Assembly: GCA_051362555.1 (NCBI GenBank)
Contig: CM120641.1
Span: 36,710,401 to 36,774,400, forward strand
Direction: 5' to 3'
Length of the DNA: 64,000 nt
From: Lingula anatina
Lineage: Eukaryota > Animalia > Brachiopoda
Below, piece after piece: positions 39,601-53,400 of the stretch. The translations under genes were made by a program, and so were the position numbers. Under the pieces are notes generated by a model, which was given only the letters and a program-made list of their open reading frames with translations, was not told the DNA's origin and ran no database searches. Position 1 is the stretch's first letter. Each line of letters begins with the position of its first letter.

Positions 39601-42092
39601 TGTTTCAAGTGACAACAGGAGATCATGACAAATGACGGGCCGCAGGACCAGCCCTTTCAAGTAATGTGATAGAACATGTACTAACGGCACATAACCTAAC
39701 CCAACCAGGTGGTAGTCTTTTTAGGTCTAGAATTATAAGGGAAAATGAGGCATTTGCCCCGATAGCTTGAAGCCGGCATAAGGTCAGTTTCAAATTCAAT
39801 CGTGTAAGGAAACAGGGTTGCCGGGATCACATAATTCAAACTGTAGATGTATCGGTTGCTAACCACGTTATCAACAATAGTTTATACCTCAAAACAAAAA
39901 CAAGTCATCTTCAAATTAAAATATTTGCCAAAAAAATAGCAACAATAAACATAAGTTTTGCTAATCAAATATGAAATACTAAATATTTAGAATGGAAGAT
40001 CGTTGGCTCTCTAGCGGAGGGTAATAGCCTTCATGAGACCAAACGGAGTCCCTTTCTCCATTAGTTAACATCAAAGGATGCGCTGGTATTACCTGCAACG
40101 TACGTGTCTCAACTGCCAGATGCCGTGTGTTGAGTTGGTGGAAAGGGCGTTGCAATTATGGGAGCTATAATTCTTTAAGAACAAAAATTAAGACAGTTGT
40201 CGGTCTGGGGTTGCTGCATCAGCCGCTACATTGCTTAAAAACCAGTTATAAATCAGCCCAACATAGATCATTACAATGATTGTGTGTACCGGAGGCTGAT
40301 GTACTAGATATAATTATATAAACCACTCGGAACAGGAATCAAAAATGATCAACACGGCTACCCAAAGCTGCGTACATCGCTACTTCAGGTTTGCGTTAAC
40401 CGCCGAATTGGATGGAAAGATTACCATCTTGAATAATTTGTCGATCTCGCTTTGCAATATCTTTTCATATCAAAATGTGTCGATGCATAATACAGTGTAA
40501 CAACAGAAAGCGCATTATTATGAGGATATTTTCATAAAACAATAGTACTTCAGCACATATGCTCATGGAACGATAAATTTTAATATATTAAAACAGTCTG
40601 TAAGAATAAGATTTACAGAAAAACATTTTGTACTTTCGTGAATCTTATGCTTTGTGATCTTAGCACTTCTTTCAAATTATGTAAGATGGCATATGTCACG
40701 ACAACCGGATTATAATCACCTAAACTTAAAATGTTTATGAAATTTTATTCATGAATAGAACATTGAAGATTGTTATTAACTGTGACTCAAGTTTGAAATT
40801 ACAGTTCCTTAGCTGTTAATTGTGATAACTGAATTCATTTATGTAATGTATTTTGTGGTTGAATGATAAATACAAAATACTAATAGACATAACATAAACG
40901 AACAGATGTCTGACTGAAAATACATTTTATAGACATGGTTTACTAAGCGTATACCAGATGAAGGCTGCCCTATATAACGCCTTCATTGCGTGTTACTAAT
41001 AACTACGCTCAGTTATTTACCCTCAGGTCGAATTGGGTGATATATTGTACAGTCCGCTCGAATAGTATTTATGGTTTGGTTCAAATGGTTTGCAAACTTT
41101 CCTGTTTGGATGTTCCTGCACGCCATATTTTTTTGTGATGACTGAACATACTGCATCATGAAACAGCACAGGCGCAAGAACACATGAATCTTTTTATATG
41201 ATGGGGTAATTAAATCTACAGCGAGTAGTTATTTGAGAATAACCTGTGCAAAAATCAAGGTGTGCTCAGTATGATTCATTTTGCTACCTCAGACGAAAAA
41301 CTGTCTGTGTTAAATTAGAACTTTCATTAGATAAACAAGCGGCCTCCTATCAAATATCAAGCAATTTCATTGGCGCGTTGCTTCTTCTGGGATTACCTGT
41401 TTTGGAAAGCCGCATTTGCATACGCTGCTTACCTCAACGCGAGTGCAACTGCCTCGTTATCAGACGGGGGACTCCGCAAAAAAGGGCTACCCGATCTGCT
41501 CTTTATGAAGTTATACATTAAGCCGGACTAATTTCCAATCTATTGATATATCGCAGTAGGATTCCTTATAGAAAATTAGGACGGCAATACTTATTTGTGA
41601 TACAGTTCACTGAAGGTGTTATAAGCTCCTTCAGATAAAGGTAAGCAATTTTCGTTAGTCAAGATAAGAGCGTCTATTTCAATATTTAAATAGAACTCCC
41701 GTGATAGCAAATAAGAGAACACAGTTGTTTTATTCCAAGCGCCGTGTACTTGAATGAGGTTATCCTTGGTGCACAAGCGTCTGGTCGTGGTATATACAAT
41801 AACAACCGTGACGCGTAAAATATAGGTCTCATATCGTCTGTACAGCTTTGCGGTAAACATAGGATACCTCAAAAACTTATCCAAACCTCGAGTCAACTTC
41901 TCAGAGGCTCAGTTTAACCAACGGAAATGCGAAGAAGGTGAATCAGATGTTAGAGTTGACAACGGAATAGAAGATCCCCTTTAAAAGCCCAGCCCCGCCA
42001 CCGACCTGATCAGCCAGTTAAACAAACGCTCCATGTGACACAATTTAAGGGGGCAACATCGCGTCGGTGTGGTGACTCAATTTCCTAAACAG

Positions 42093-42271
42093 GTAAGCCT
42101 GCAAAACCGGCTCTGTGTTTTATTAAAGCCGGGCTATGCGAACACGTTATTTGTTTATGAATGTATGCCATGACCGACCTTTAATAGAGCTGAAACAAGG
42201 AGTGCCAATACCTTTGCAACCTAGTGTTCCACTAGACAGTAGTAATTTTAGTTTGTCTTTTTATGTCGTAG
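42093..42271 (+). other. Probable 5'-UTR intron of the neurexin-like gene
   Basis: Strong donor CAG|GTAAGC at 42093 and pyrimidine-rich acceptor TTTGTCTTTTTATGTCGTAG ending 42271, ~140 nt before the ATG. Confidence 0.45.
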
Positions 42272-42413
42272 AGTAAACCGGAAGAGCTGAGAGAGAGAGA
42301 GAGTGGAGGGAAGATCAGTGACTCCAGTGAAAATGCAAACGTGAATCCGACGTCAACACCGTAACCCAGTCTACCTGTCTGGTTCGCCCGCTGCGGACCA
42401 AAAAGCTTACAAT

Positions 42414-43182
42414 ATGGCGACTGGATATATAGTTCAAGCTTACCAAAGGACTTGGAGGAGATTTATTTTATTGTTGTTTTTTGTTGCGAACATCGGTGAA
42501 GCGATACGACTTAACGGAAGAGAGAATTCCTATGCTCAATACTCAAAATGGCACGCGTGCGTGCACTCCACTCTAAGTTTTGAGTTTAAGACAAGAAACC
42601 GGGTAGGTTTATTATTTTACATGGATGACACTCGGGGAGGTTATGATATGATGAAAATGAAACTTGTGGGTGGTAGACTCCAATTTGTATTGAATTTTGT
42701 AGACGGCAATGAAGGTAAAGTCAGCTTTAATCCCGAGGGAGTCTTCAACGACGGTCGTTGGCACACGGTCGAAATAAAGCGAAATCGAATGGAAACCATT
42801 CTAATAACAGATGGAAATCAAAATCAAAAAATTGCCATAGGATCAAGATCAGATTTTAACTTCGGAGAAATAAACCAGAACTCTCCTATGTACTTCGGTG
42901 GTATCCCAAGCATAGAAGAAAGACCATTAAACACATATGTCGATACTCGAGTTCAGTTCGAAGAAAGATTCGAGGGATCTTTTAGAAATATTATTTATTC
43001 AAATTGTACAAGCCAGCGAGTCAGGGCGATTTTGGAAAAGTCCCAGGGGATGACACGGGATAACGAGGACCCCTGTGACACGTACAACTCTTGTAACCCA
43101 GGCTGTGTATGTGTGACATCAAACAGAAATCAACCCAAATGTGATTGCAAGGACGCTCTCAGGGGCCCCACTACCGACGCAG
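42414..43182 (+). CDS. Neurexin-like first coding exon: signal peptide, LNS1 and EGF1
   Basis: Hydrophobic leader FILLLFFVANIGEA; LSFEFKT..GLLFYMDD, FNDGRWHTV, MYFGG; Cys-rich EGF; donor AG|GTAAAC in phase 1. Confidence 0.9.
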
Positions 43183-45151
43183 GTAAACAAATTTTATTTA
43201 TTTTTAATTTGTGCACAATATTTCACTTCACCAGGCACATAATACAGTCCAAGAAATCCTATTAGTGGTAATATATGTGTATGTGCACACACACGCAAAC
43301 ACGCATTAATCTGAAAATGTCCTCACATGATAAAGCAGGTCGTTTCAGTACACCCGTATACCATGTTATAAAATCCGTCCTATTTTTCTGTAACGCATAT
43401 TCTATGCATATACCAGCACTTTGTCATGAATTAACTTTGTATGAAGCGTACACAGTTCACTGCTTCCAGCTTTGTTATCACGGCGTGTGTGCATTACTAA
43501 ATGGACCGTGTTGCTTGCAGGTAGACAATTTTTTCATATCATATACCCGAAAGCAATGATCAACGTTGCAGACCTGGCGTCGTCTGTCAACGTCTTTTCA
43601 GCTGACAATATAACTCTTCCCCGATGTACTTTCTACAGGGTTTATTCCTCATAGGCCACCCATAGGTATAATCAATAAAATGTAACCCCCCTTTTCAGCT
43701 AATCGCCGAAATTTAAACCTATGTGAAGTAACAGATTCCCCATGAGTTTCATCATAATACGAGGTGGTCATTGAACATCAATAATAGCTTCATGAGCATG
43801 GTTTATATATAAATGTGCATAAATTGGGGTAAGGACCCATTGTAGCGGCGTCAGACTGTAGTTCACATTTCAAAGCTTGCCTCAATGCCGTGGCCAGGGA
43901 TTTACTCAGGTGCAGGCCCCTGAACGAAAATAACTTCTATAATGGATCATTGGGGATGTTTTATTGACGCTTCAAAGGATTCTTTTTGACTGTTCGGGGC
44001 ATGTTTGGTTTTATGACGATTCATTAAATAGACATTCTAATATTACATGATTTTATATAAGCACATAATGTCGTTTTTGTTAATTCGCGCGAAGTCAAGC
44101 AGGACAGCGTATAACCCTTTAAATCTGGCATCACAATCTTCGTAGATTTTCATTAAAACAACATCTTTCCTTGGCTGTAGTAGCTTTCTGCTCACGAAAA
44201 CTTCACAGTAGTGTTGGTCAGGTGAAAGAACACGGTCAGACTGCCTGTGCTTGTGCAATCTTTCAGACTGAAATATACTCACTTCCTCCCGGTCTCTGCC
44301 CACATTTTTCTTCCATCATTGGGCTTAATGTGAAACTTATTACCGGAATCATCACTTAATCTTATGCAATCATATTTATTAAGATGCTCGGTCAGCGTTG
44401 CGTCTTCATCTACCTACAGTACAAGGTAAGAAAATGAACACCAGCTGCCAGGGAGCGATAGGCCCGTATTGCCTAAACTTCAGTCAAAAGATCAACCAGG
44501 GGTCATGTTTGCCGAGCGTATTTTAAAGGTTTCGTTGCTCTGCACGATGCGACCGAGTTTAAATAATCTCTTGGCGGAAATGAAAAAATAACGCTATTAA
44601 TGTAAACGTACCAGACCATGGTTAGGTCCTAATTGCATCATATAGTGTATATCTGAGAGCAATATTCACTGTGGGTTAGTTCATATAGACTTTCATTTAT
44701 CGGCCAAAATATATGAGATATATAAGTGAAGCTACTCATTATACATGTATGTCTTTGAGACTGTTCCATGCAATTATTTGCAGCAGTTATTTTTCCTTCC
44801 ACTATAATTATTTTAGTCCGGGATAAAAAAAATGTCTGAAAGAAAGGTATGCTCTTGCGTATGTGTCAAGTATTTCATTTAAGGGAAAGAGGTCTGAGAG
44901 GTGTGTTGATAATGGACCGTTTTTCACATTAATTAAGCCAGTCTTACACCTAACCTTATGCCTACCTACAGTGATTCAGAAACATCAGTGATGGGCTAGG
45001 CGTCCATCTGATGAGCGTCCCGAAATAACTTTTTAGCTTTCTAGTGAACAGCTAGGCCAAGCACACAGTGAGTTTGTCGAGATCGTTGGAGCAAAGAGCA
45101 AAATGTTAACTTCTTGAAAATGTTAGAGGGTTTAGCTCTCAGATGTCAGCG

Positions 45152-45200
<49 letters not shown>

Positions 45201-45302
45201 TGCCAGTCCTGCCGGGGATGTCATCCGCGATTCAAATTGTCTCAAATCCCCCCGCCCAATTGCAGACCCAGCCTTTATACCTGTCACCCAACACCAATAA
45301 TT

Positions 45303-45350
<48 letters not shown>

Positions 45351-47333
45351 TAAGTTTCGCTGTATGAGATATTTCAATTTTATGATAGAGAGAATGAACG
45401 AATGAAGATACAAGTATGAGGAGAGGGTAGCATTAAGGATGTTAATATAATGTCAGCATGGACTACTTATTGCACCTCCATTCATACAATATTAAACACC
45501 CCAGTGAAGTATTAAGATATATTTATTGAATGAATGTAAACAGAGAATTGACATCTTCCACTTAGTACAGCTACAAGGATACTAGACTTTTACCTTTCAT
45601 CTTCTGAACGCATACTTCCCCTTTACCTTATTTGCCGAGCCAGGTAATACAGAGCTTAACTGTATGGAAAAGGAACGCACATTTCATTAAATTGCCCATT
45701 TTTTTCTTCGGAATGCCCTCAGCATACCTGAGCTTCAGCCTCAAAATACTTCTCTTGATTCATTAAATACAGGCATTTGAATAACTGCGAGATAACTTAA
45801 GAAAACAAGACGAAACGATTCCCTGCTGTATTTTGACATAACTATAAACTGCTTCAAGCGCCGTTGCTGAAATTACAAGAATTAAAACGTTATAGGACAG
45901 CATCAAAATAGTAACAGAAAATTACTTAATGTGCCAAGCCATCTCAGAACCAGAAATGTAAATACTTCAAGTCCTCTTCAACAGTAATACGTAAATATTG
46001 AAGCCTGTAACAAACAATGGTGGCGTTTGCCTGACATGTGATACGGGGTTTTTGCCTACAGAAACAACCAACCTGCATTCACACTGTGTCAAAACGTCTG
46101 AGTTTTTTTACAGAAAACAAAACAGACCTTTTGTCTCGGTGGATTGCACAAGAGCACGTAATATTTAAGTTTACCTCATTAGCATGCAATAGAAACTGTC
46201 TAAAACGATTTGTTGTGGACAAAAAGTGATGGTTGTTGGAAGTAACAAGACATTGCATTTTCTTGACTTTCAAAATTCCTTAAGAAAAGAAAGTATAAGT
46301 AAAAAAAAAACTCCAGAAGTACTGAGGTATCAAATAAACAAATAAAGATTGTAAACTTCATACAAGAAAATGGAATATGACGCCTTTTGCTTCTCATATT
46401 TCTATTTCTATTAGTCACATTGACCATTAGTCGTAGGGTTGGGCCAGTAAGCGGACTACCAGACACTATACCTGAGGCAATGCGACAACATTATTTTCAT
46501 CGGCTGCTTAACCTTCTCCTGAACTCTTAGAGAGTGATTAATTGTTTGCTGAATAAGGACAACGTCCACTTACTCCAGTTGTAGATACTTTGTAACAGGT
46601 TGTTTGAATCTAGATTTATTCTAAATTATTACGCCTGAATACAAGATGAGTTATACGGTGTGTTTCTTTTTATCTGAGTCCTGTGCATAAGTGCCTATTG
46701 TCTCTCTCATGCGTTATATATTATATAAAAACAAGAAAATGTATATGTCATGCCCCTCTTATGCCGAAAACCCATGGCAGGCTGATTATTCGTTAAAAGG
46801 TTATACAAATTCCAGTACACTGTACCCCTATTACTTTTCCCAATATATCATGTTCACTTAGCCGCCGTTGACCAAACTGTTGGCGTTTTATTTTGGCAAC
46901 GAAACAACTAAATTGTTCAAAGTGAAGGCTAAGTGGTGTTCTCCTTGAGCCTCAACAAAATTATCCGAATTACGAGAGAGAAAAGAGCGAGAGAGAGAGA
47001 GAGAGAGAGAGAGATGGCTGACGGAGAAACTTTTTGGACAGCGGTTCACGTGTTTTTGATTGACGTTCCAGGAGACGTCTGCCAGTGCTTAAATTACCAG
47101 CAAAGGCCACACCTTTAAAGGTCACGGCATCAGCAGTTACGCAACATTTAGATAAAAAGTAACTGCCGTTGCTTGACATCAAACCAGTAGTTAGAGCACG
47201 CGGAGCCCCGCGTCTTTATGGGGATTTATTTAATAACTTATGAGAGCTCAAAACGTGGAAATGAAGGGTTGCGGCAGAGACCCGTGCCTGGCACAGTGAG
47301 AAAGGCGTTTCAATGTACTCCTTGAAATAATCA

Positions 47334-47403
<70 letters not shown>

Positions 47404-50400
47404 AAAAGGTGGAGCGAGAGAGAGGAAAAGGGGTCGGCGAAGTTATTTCATATTCATCTAAGAATATGATATAAGAGTTATTTCATCTATACAGAACACT
47501 AGTTAAAAAGGTTTTGTGTTTGACTTCTATTTTAAATGATATGTTTTTTTCGTTCTTAAAAGAGCGTCTAGTTAGCTGTCGGTAAACAAATGTGTCAGCA
47601 CTCTATGGCGACTGGTAAATTTTAAAACAGTAGGATTCACGTTTTCTGTGCTGTATTGTCTTAACCTGCTGTTCAGTAACGTCGAATATGAAATCCCCCA
47701 AATGGCAAAAAATGCAGAAACAAACGGTTTCGATTTAAATGCTATTAGAACAACCATCGTCAGGTGCTGCAGAGGAGAGAGTGAAATTTGATTTATTTGT
47801 GTTGCCTACTTCCTCACCGATCTTTTGGGACAGTAGTTTGCGTTTAGTGCAAAATGTGCCTTTATGGAGAACATTTCATTTGTTAAAGATATATTTTGAT
47901 CCAGGTTACCGACAACTTCAATTACGCATAATTTAGCCACCTTTTTAAAATTACCGTCCGCAACTTACAGCAAATGGATGGGTTTAATCAAGTGAAATTG
48001 GAAAACAGAAAGAGTGCGACATGCATCACCACTTGTGCATAATACTTATCAAAACAGTAAACTCCTATTGCGCCAGAAAAGGCGAAGTTACAAAAACAGT
48101 TGCCCCACGCAAAAAAACATGACCCAAAACTCTCACAGTCCTGTTTTTTACCGTTCAGCAACTCTGAATGATAGCTAACTCGCTGAAAATGACTTCACGT
48201 AATGGTTGTTATATTAAGTCAGACAAGCTATACACCACGAGAAAGAGGTCGACATTGACATTCATGCTTCGTCGATTGACTTTTACACGGTGGAGAAAAA
48301 AATTAATAGTACTGAATAATCCTTACACGCAATACTCTTTTCTTTAATAGTGGCACGCCGTCTGGGTGACAAATATGTAACGACGCCCTTAAAACAAGTA
48401 CTCGTCCGGTTTAAAAACAATGACTTCTCTTCGCGACACCGAAGGTGTGTGTATCCTTAACAGTCCGCGGTTACCGGTGCGTTCCATCATTAGGAGTTAT
48501 GAATCCTGTCACTGGGCCATCAACACACCCGGGTGCATGTTAACTAACTTTAGAGAGACCTTTTTACCTGTATTCGGGCACATCTGGTTTACATTTACTA
48601 TAAATACAAAATCTTTTGGTTCAATTTTAAAAAAAGAAATCCACACAAGTTACCATGCCCTCGTAAATATGCCAATTTTATAGAATTTGCATCCAAAGTG
48701 AATCTGTATTCAATCAAAGTTGTATATATGCTTTTAAAGGCCAAACATTTTTCCGTCAAAGATTGATAAGTTTGCAATGGTTCGTTTGTCATAAATACCC
48801 TACTCAGAGTGCTATTTGGATGGAATATGACTTTGGAAGGCTATTTAAAAGTATGTTCTAGTCTAAAATCGTTCAAATTGAAGCTAATGGAAATATGGCT
48901 GGTATGCAGGAAAACCAGTTTGGGGAGTTTTCATTCAAAGTTCCCTTAAAGGCTTGTTTTGAAATATACCTGGCCTATATGTTTGTCTCCCTTTATCATA
49001 ACTGGCCAGGCCTTTTTGCTTGAACAAGCAGTAAGAGCTTGCCAAAAGTGCAGGCCAAAAAGTTGTCTTGGTGTAATGAGATTACGTATTTTAGACTGCA
49101 TGTTAAATATGCCCATCCCTTATGTCACCTCTGCCTGCGCTCAACAGATAATAACCGTGACGAGTAAATGGTTTCTTATGTCTACAAATCAATCTGCACC
49201 TAATACTGTCTTTTACAAAGAAAACATATCAAGTTATATCAAACGAGTTTGGTTTCTTAAGGCTGAAAAATGACGCTTGAATACCTTTTCACAATATGTA
49301 TCAAGTTGCGTTAAGCTGTTCAGTTTCTCATACCAAGAGCCTGGGATTGGATATTTTCATACAATATTCATACAAAAATGGTGTAAATTAAAGTACGTTT
49401 ACCAATGTTCAACATTGATATTGGTCTTACAATGTTGAAAAATCTCACATCCGAAGGTTTATTTTTTCCGCCCAAACCTGAATACCTTTTCAAATATTCT
49501 TGTACCACAATGCCTGAGCAAAATTCTAATAAGACGCTCTGGATTGTAGGCCCCACGTTTAATGACTTTGATACATCAAATATCAAATTATACCGATCTT
49601 GTCAAGTTTCTTGTTTAAGAATATCACGTATAAAAAACTTTCACACTCAACGCACTTTCGTTTGTCTTTGCCTCTGACCCTCGTGGACTCACGAATCGAT
49701 CATCTGAACGACAGTTACATTGGTTGCAATTCTCCTCAACGTCCCCCGCGAGAAAACGCAGGCTGGATGAATGGGTCGCGTGAAGACGGATGTCTAAGGT
49801 AAATACGCCTGGAATATATTGCCCCTGTCAGGGAATGAGCAGAATTCTAATAAGGCTTTAAGGTCAGGCAAAGCGTCTCTTGAAACACAGTCTAAATTGG
49901 CAAGGGCTTCCATCTCTTTTTAACGCCCTGCCTGTCCTATCACATCTTCCACGCCACGTTTCCAGCGGAATTTAAATGTCAAACGAACACGTGTTTGCAA
50001 ACTACATCCAAGGTAGTAACGGGAGAATGAAAATAAAATACTTTAACCTGATTAAAGCTAATTGCTTGTATTCATTAAAGAAACATTGCTCTTAAGTTGA
50101 AAAACTTAACTGTAAAGGATTTTTGAAGATAAAAAGGGTCTTGTATGGTATTTCCAGAGTCTCTGTTGTAAGGGTTATGATTTCCTGAGAGCACTACAGC
50201 GCATTCTTAGAATTTGCGAGGTTTGCCTTCTACAGTGTACACTAAAACAGTTCCGATACAGAAATGAATCATATAATAACCACTTTGTGTGGTCCACATC
50301 ATGTCAAAATCGAAGCCAAAGCCTAGATAAGGGTGAAATTATAAAGAAAATGTATAAATGTGAAGATCAGCCTTTCCTAGTAATTATTTCACTTTGTTTT

Positions 50401-53400
50401 TTCTTTTGGAAAAAACTGACTAGAAAAGATTCGTTATGTGATATTTAACTACTTTTCTTCGAAATTTTGATGAATCCACTTGTGTCAGAATTCACAACAT
50501 ATCAGCTTGGCCTTTATTTATTAGCTATAGAGTATGACTTACTTATATTTTAAAGAGAAAGCAAGCCGCTCAGTAGTCTAATTTTCCATTATAGAAGCTA
50601 ACCGTGGTTGGTTGAGATAAACTACATTTAGGCCTACATGTAGAACCAGTGAGTGTCCGCGTGCGTGGGCGAGGGGTTTCCTTTCAAGGTGGATTCAGGG
50701 AGTGGGAAGGCAGGTGCAACAACAAACACCATAGAACCTTTTTGGCAAATCGACAAGCACTGATAAAGTACGAGGTCATTCGGTGTCAATTTGCCAACGG
50801 CACAGTACAAATGCTACTCTCAGCATTTCTGCAATGTAAAAAGCACTTGAAAAAATAACGAGCGGATTTTCAGGCAGGAATCCCCTGTTTCAAAAATACG
50901 AACAACAACCATTACAGAAGCATCACAGGCAGGCGATTATAAGCACAGTCAGCTTGACTTTACTACCTGGCGTAAAAATAGAAATATCAACATTGTCGAA
51001 ATATTACGGACAGGTTTCTCTGTAGCTAACTACTCATCACCACTTATTTCTGGTACGAAAATAAATTATGGCAATACAGGTAGAGGTGAATTCAACACTA
51101 TCAAATGGCTGTTTATTCATTCAAATATTCAATATTTCTACCTTGGGGTGGGCGTGGGGATAGTACACCGGATGATTTCTAATAACAATGACATAGACTG
51201 CACATACTCACTAAGACACGTTTATTCTTTTTTATTTTCGTGCTTTATTTTTTTCTCGATAAAGAAGTAAGATACACAAAACTGAAAACATCTTGTTGTT
51301 AAGCTCTCAGGATTCGAACCACATTTGGATTATTTTTTTTGCATTCTTCAACATCCCTGTTACTGGTTATCTAGTTGTTGTTACCAGGCAACCAGGGTAT
51401 ATAACAGAGGTTGGTGTTTTCCAAGCTGTGTTATATATTTTCATATGTTATGCGGGTAGTGTTTCACTAGATCAAGGTAACTTATATTAAACGCACAACA
51501 AAAGGAATGAAATAAAATAATATATAGGAAGATAAATACTCGTATTTTTAAATGAACTACAGTAAGGCGCGGTTTACTTAGATCTACAAAGATTATAATG
51601 AATTGACTTCACTCTTTAAAAAGCAGAACGTCAGCCACCATAGTAATACGTTTTTAAGTGTTAAGTGCCATTCGAAAGAGACATTTCACCTATTATGCAC
51701 CATTTATTTCTACTAAAAACAGTATACGGCTTCGAAATGACGTGGGCTCATTTCAGCGTGAAATAAACCTGGGCAGTGAGTCTCTTAAAACAGTTTTATA
51801 TACATAAGCATACCGTGGAGGTCATTTCATATAGTTCAGGTCACCACTGGCATAATTCATGATAACGAGGATGCTGACTGTTATCATGATTATTAATTTA
51901 AGGTCAAAATGTGTATGTTTTTAGGTGTCTGCCACTTTCATATCTTTAAAAACATATTTATTTAATGGAAGTCCCATCTAGCTCTTTGTTAAGTCCTTGT
52001 CGTGAAATTAATCAAGGGAAGACACTCGACTTTGCTCGTCTTTTCAAGGGTCGAACGGGGAATCCGAGCCCCAACCTATAGAAAAGGGAAGGCGTATTAA
52101 CGATAACTTCAGATCTAACCACCCAGGTCTGAAAGAGCATAGTTCAAAGCAAAGTGTTGCCCGTAGACGTGTAACCGTAGTACTTAACCGACCAAATTAG
52201 GTATCTTTATCTATATCACCTTCGCATATACGTGTCCGCTGGGCACAGGTAACAATTTGATGACCAATTGACCAGAGACCCACCCCAAAGGTGAAATGAC
52301 ATATACAATGGGAACGGGATTGCTCGAGAAAACAGCGCAATTAAGGGAAGAGGAGTTGGGGCGTTTTTTACAATCGGTTCAAGTGGATCTGTTCCTACAA
52401 TAACCTTTACTTTTATTTTTGGTTGAATCTAGCAAATATTGCTGCCACCTTCCCTTCTCACACCACTCATTCTAAGCTTTCATCTCATTAAGGGGGTTTG
52501 GGCCTGTCTTTTCTAGTGTGAACGACGCCGGTTACATGTACTTCACATATTGAGATACACTTGAAGCAGCATTATGTTCGCGCATAAAACACTGACAGGA
52601 ATTTCAGACAGGACAAACAGGTTTTGTGGGGAAAGCCGCAGTGACGGTCTGCTGTGTAAACCGCAGTCAATGTCAACTGACACAAAATGATCTTTCCTTA
52701 TAAGTTCTGCATTGACCCTGAATGGGTCCAAAGTATGAAAGAACCCGCAGAACTCGGAGTCATTTCAATCCGCCTTGTGAAGCGGACCCTTTCTTTTTTT
52801 TGTATTGGCTTGCTTGTGACGACATGCCAACGTGTTTTACACTTGATTTCATATTGCTTGTTTTGACACATAGACTATTCACTAACTTTAAGAAGTTTCC
52901 AAATACGTTTCATTTTATTTTTTTCGAAGGAATGTCAATTTTAACTTAAAAGTTCTAATGTCGGAATGCAAGATTGCGTTAATCGCATAGTAGGCTGTAG
53001 TGGATAAAATACCAGATAGAATTAGGTAACCACTCAGACATGGATCTTTGTTTTGTTTGTTTCATTACACACATGTATGCATCTACAGCCTGTTAGTCAC
53101 CCAAGAGGACATCTTTCAACTTCACAACAGCGAAAATTCACAATCGCAGTTCATCATATATGAGATAGCAAAGTCGAGACATTTTCACTAATCTAACTGA
53201 AGACGTTTTTCTTTCGTTTGTTTTGTTTCTTTCAGTGCATATTGTCCCTAAATCTTGTGCTTCTTAGTCACTTGGAAAGCCGCAGCAGCTTTTACCGATA
53301 AAATTTTCTTTCCAATCTGATCATACCGGAAATAACTAAAACGAAATGTAGAAACGAAAACATTCTACCCAATACACGTTTTCTCATTTCTTTTTTCTTT

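Noticed and set aside
45114-47182. Arg-Glu-rich and Ser-Leu-rich ORFs
   Set aside because: Translations of (GA)n microsatellites.
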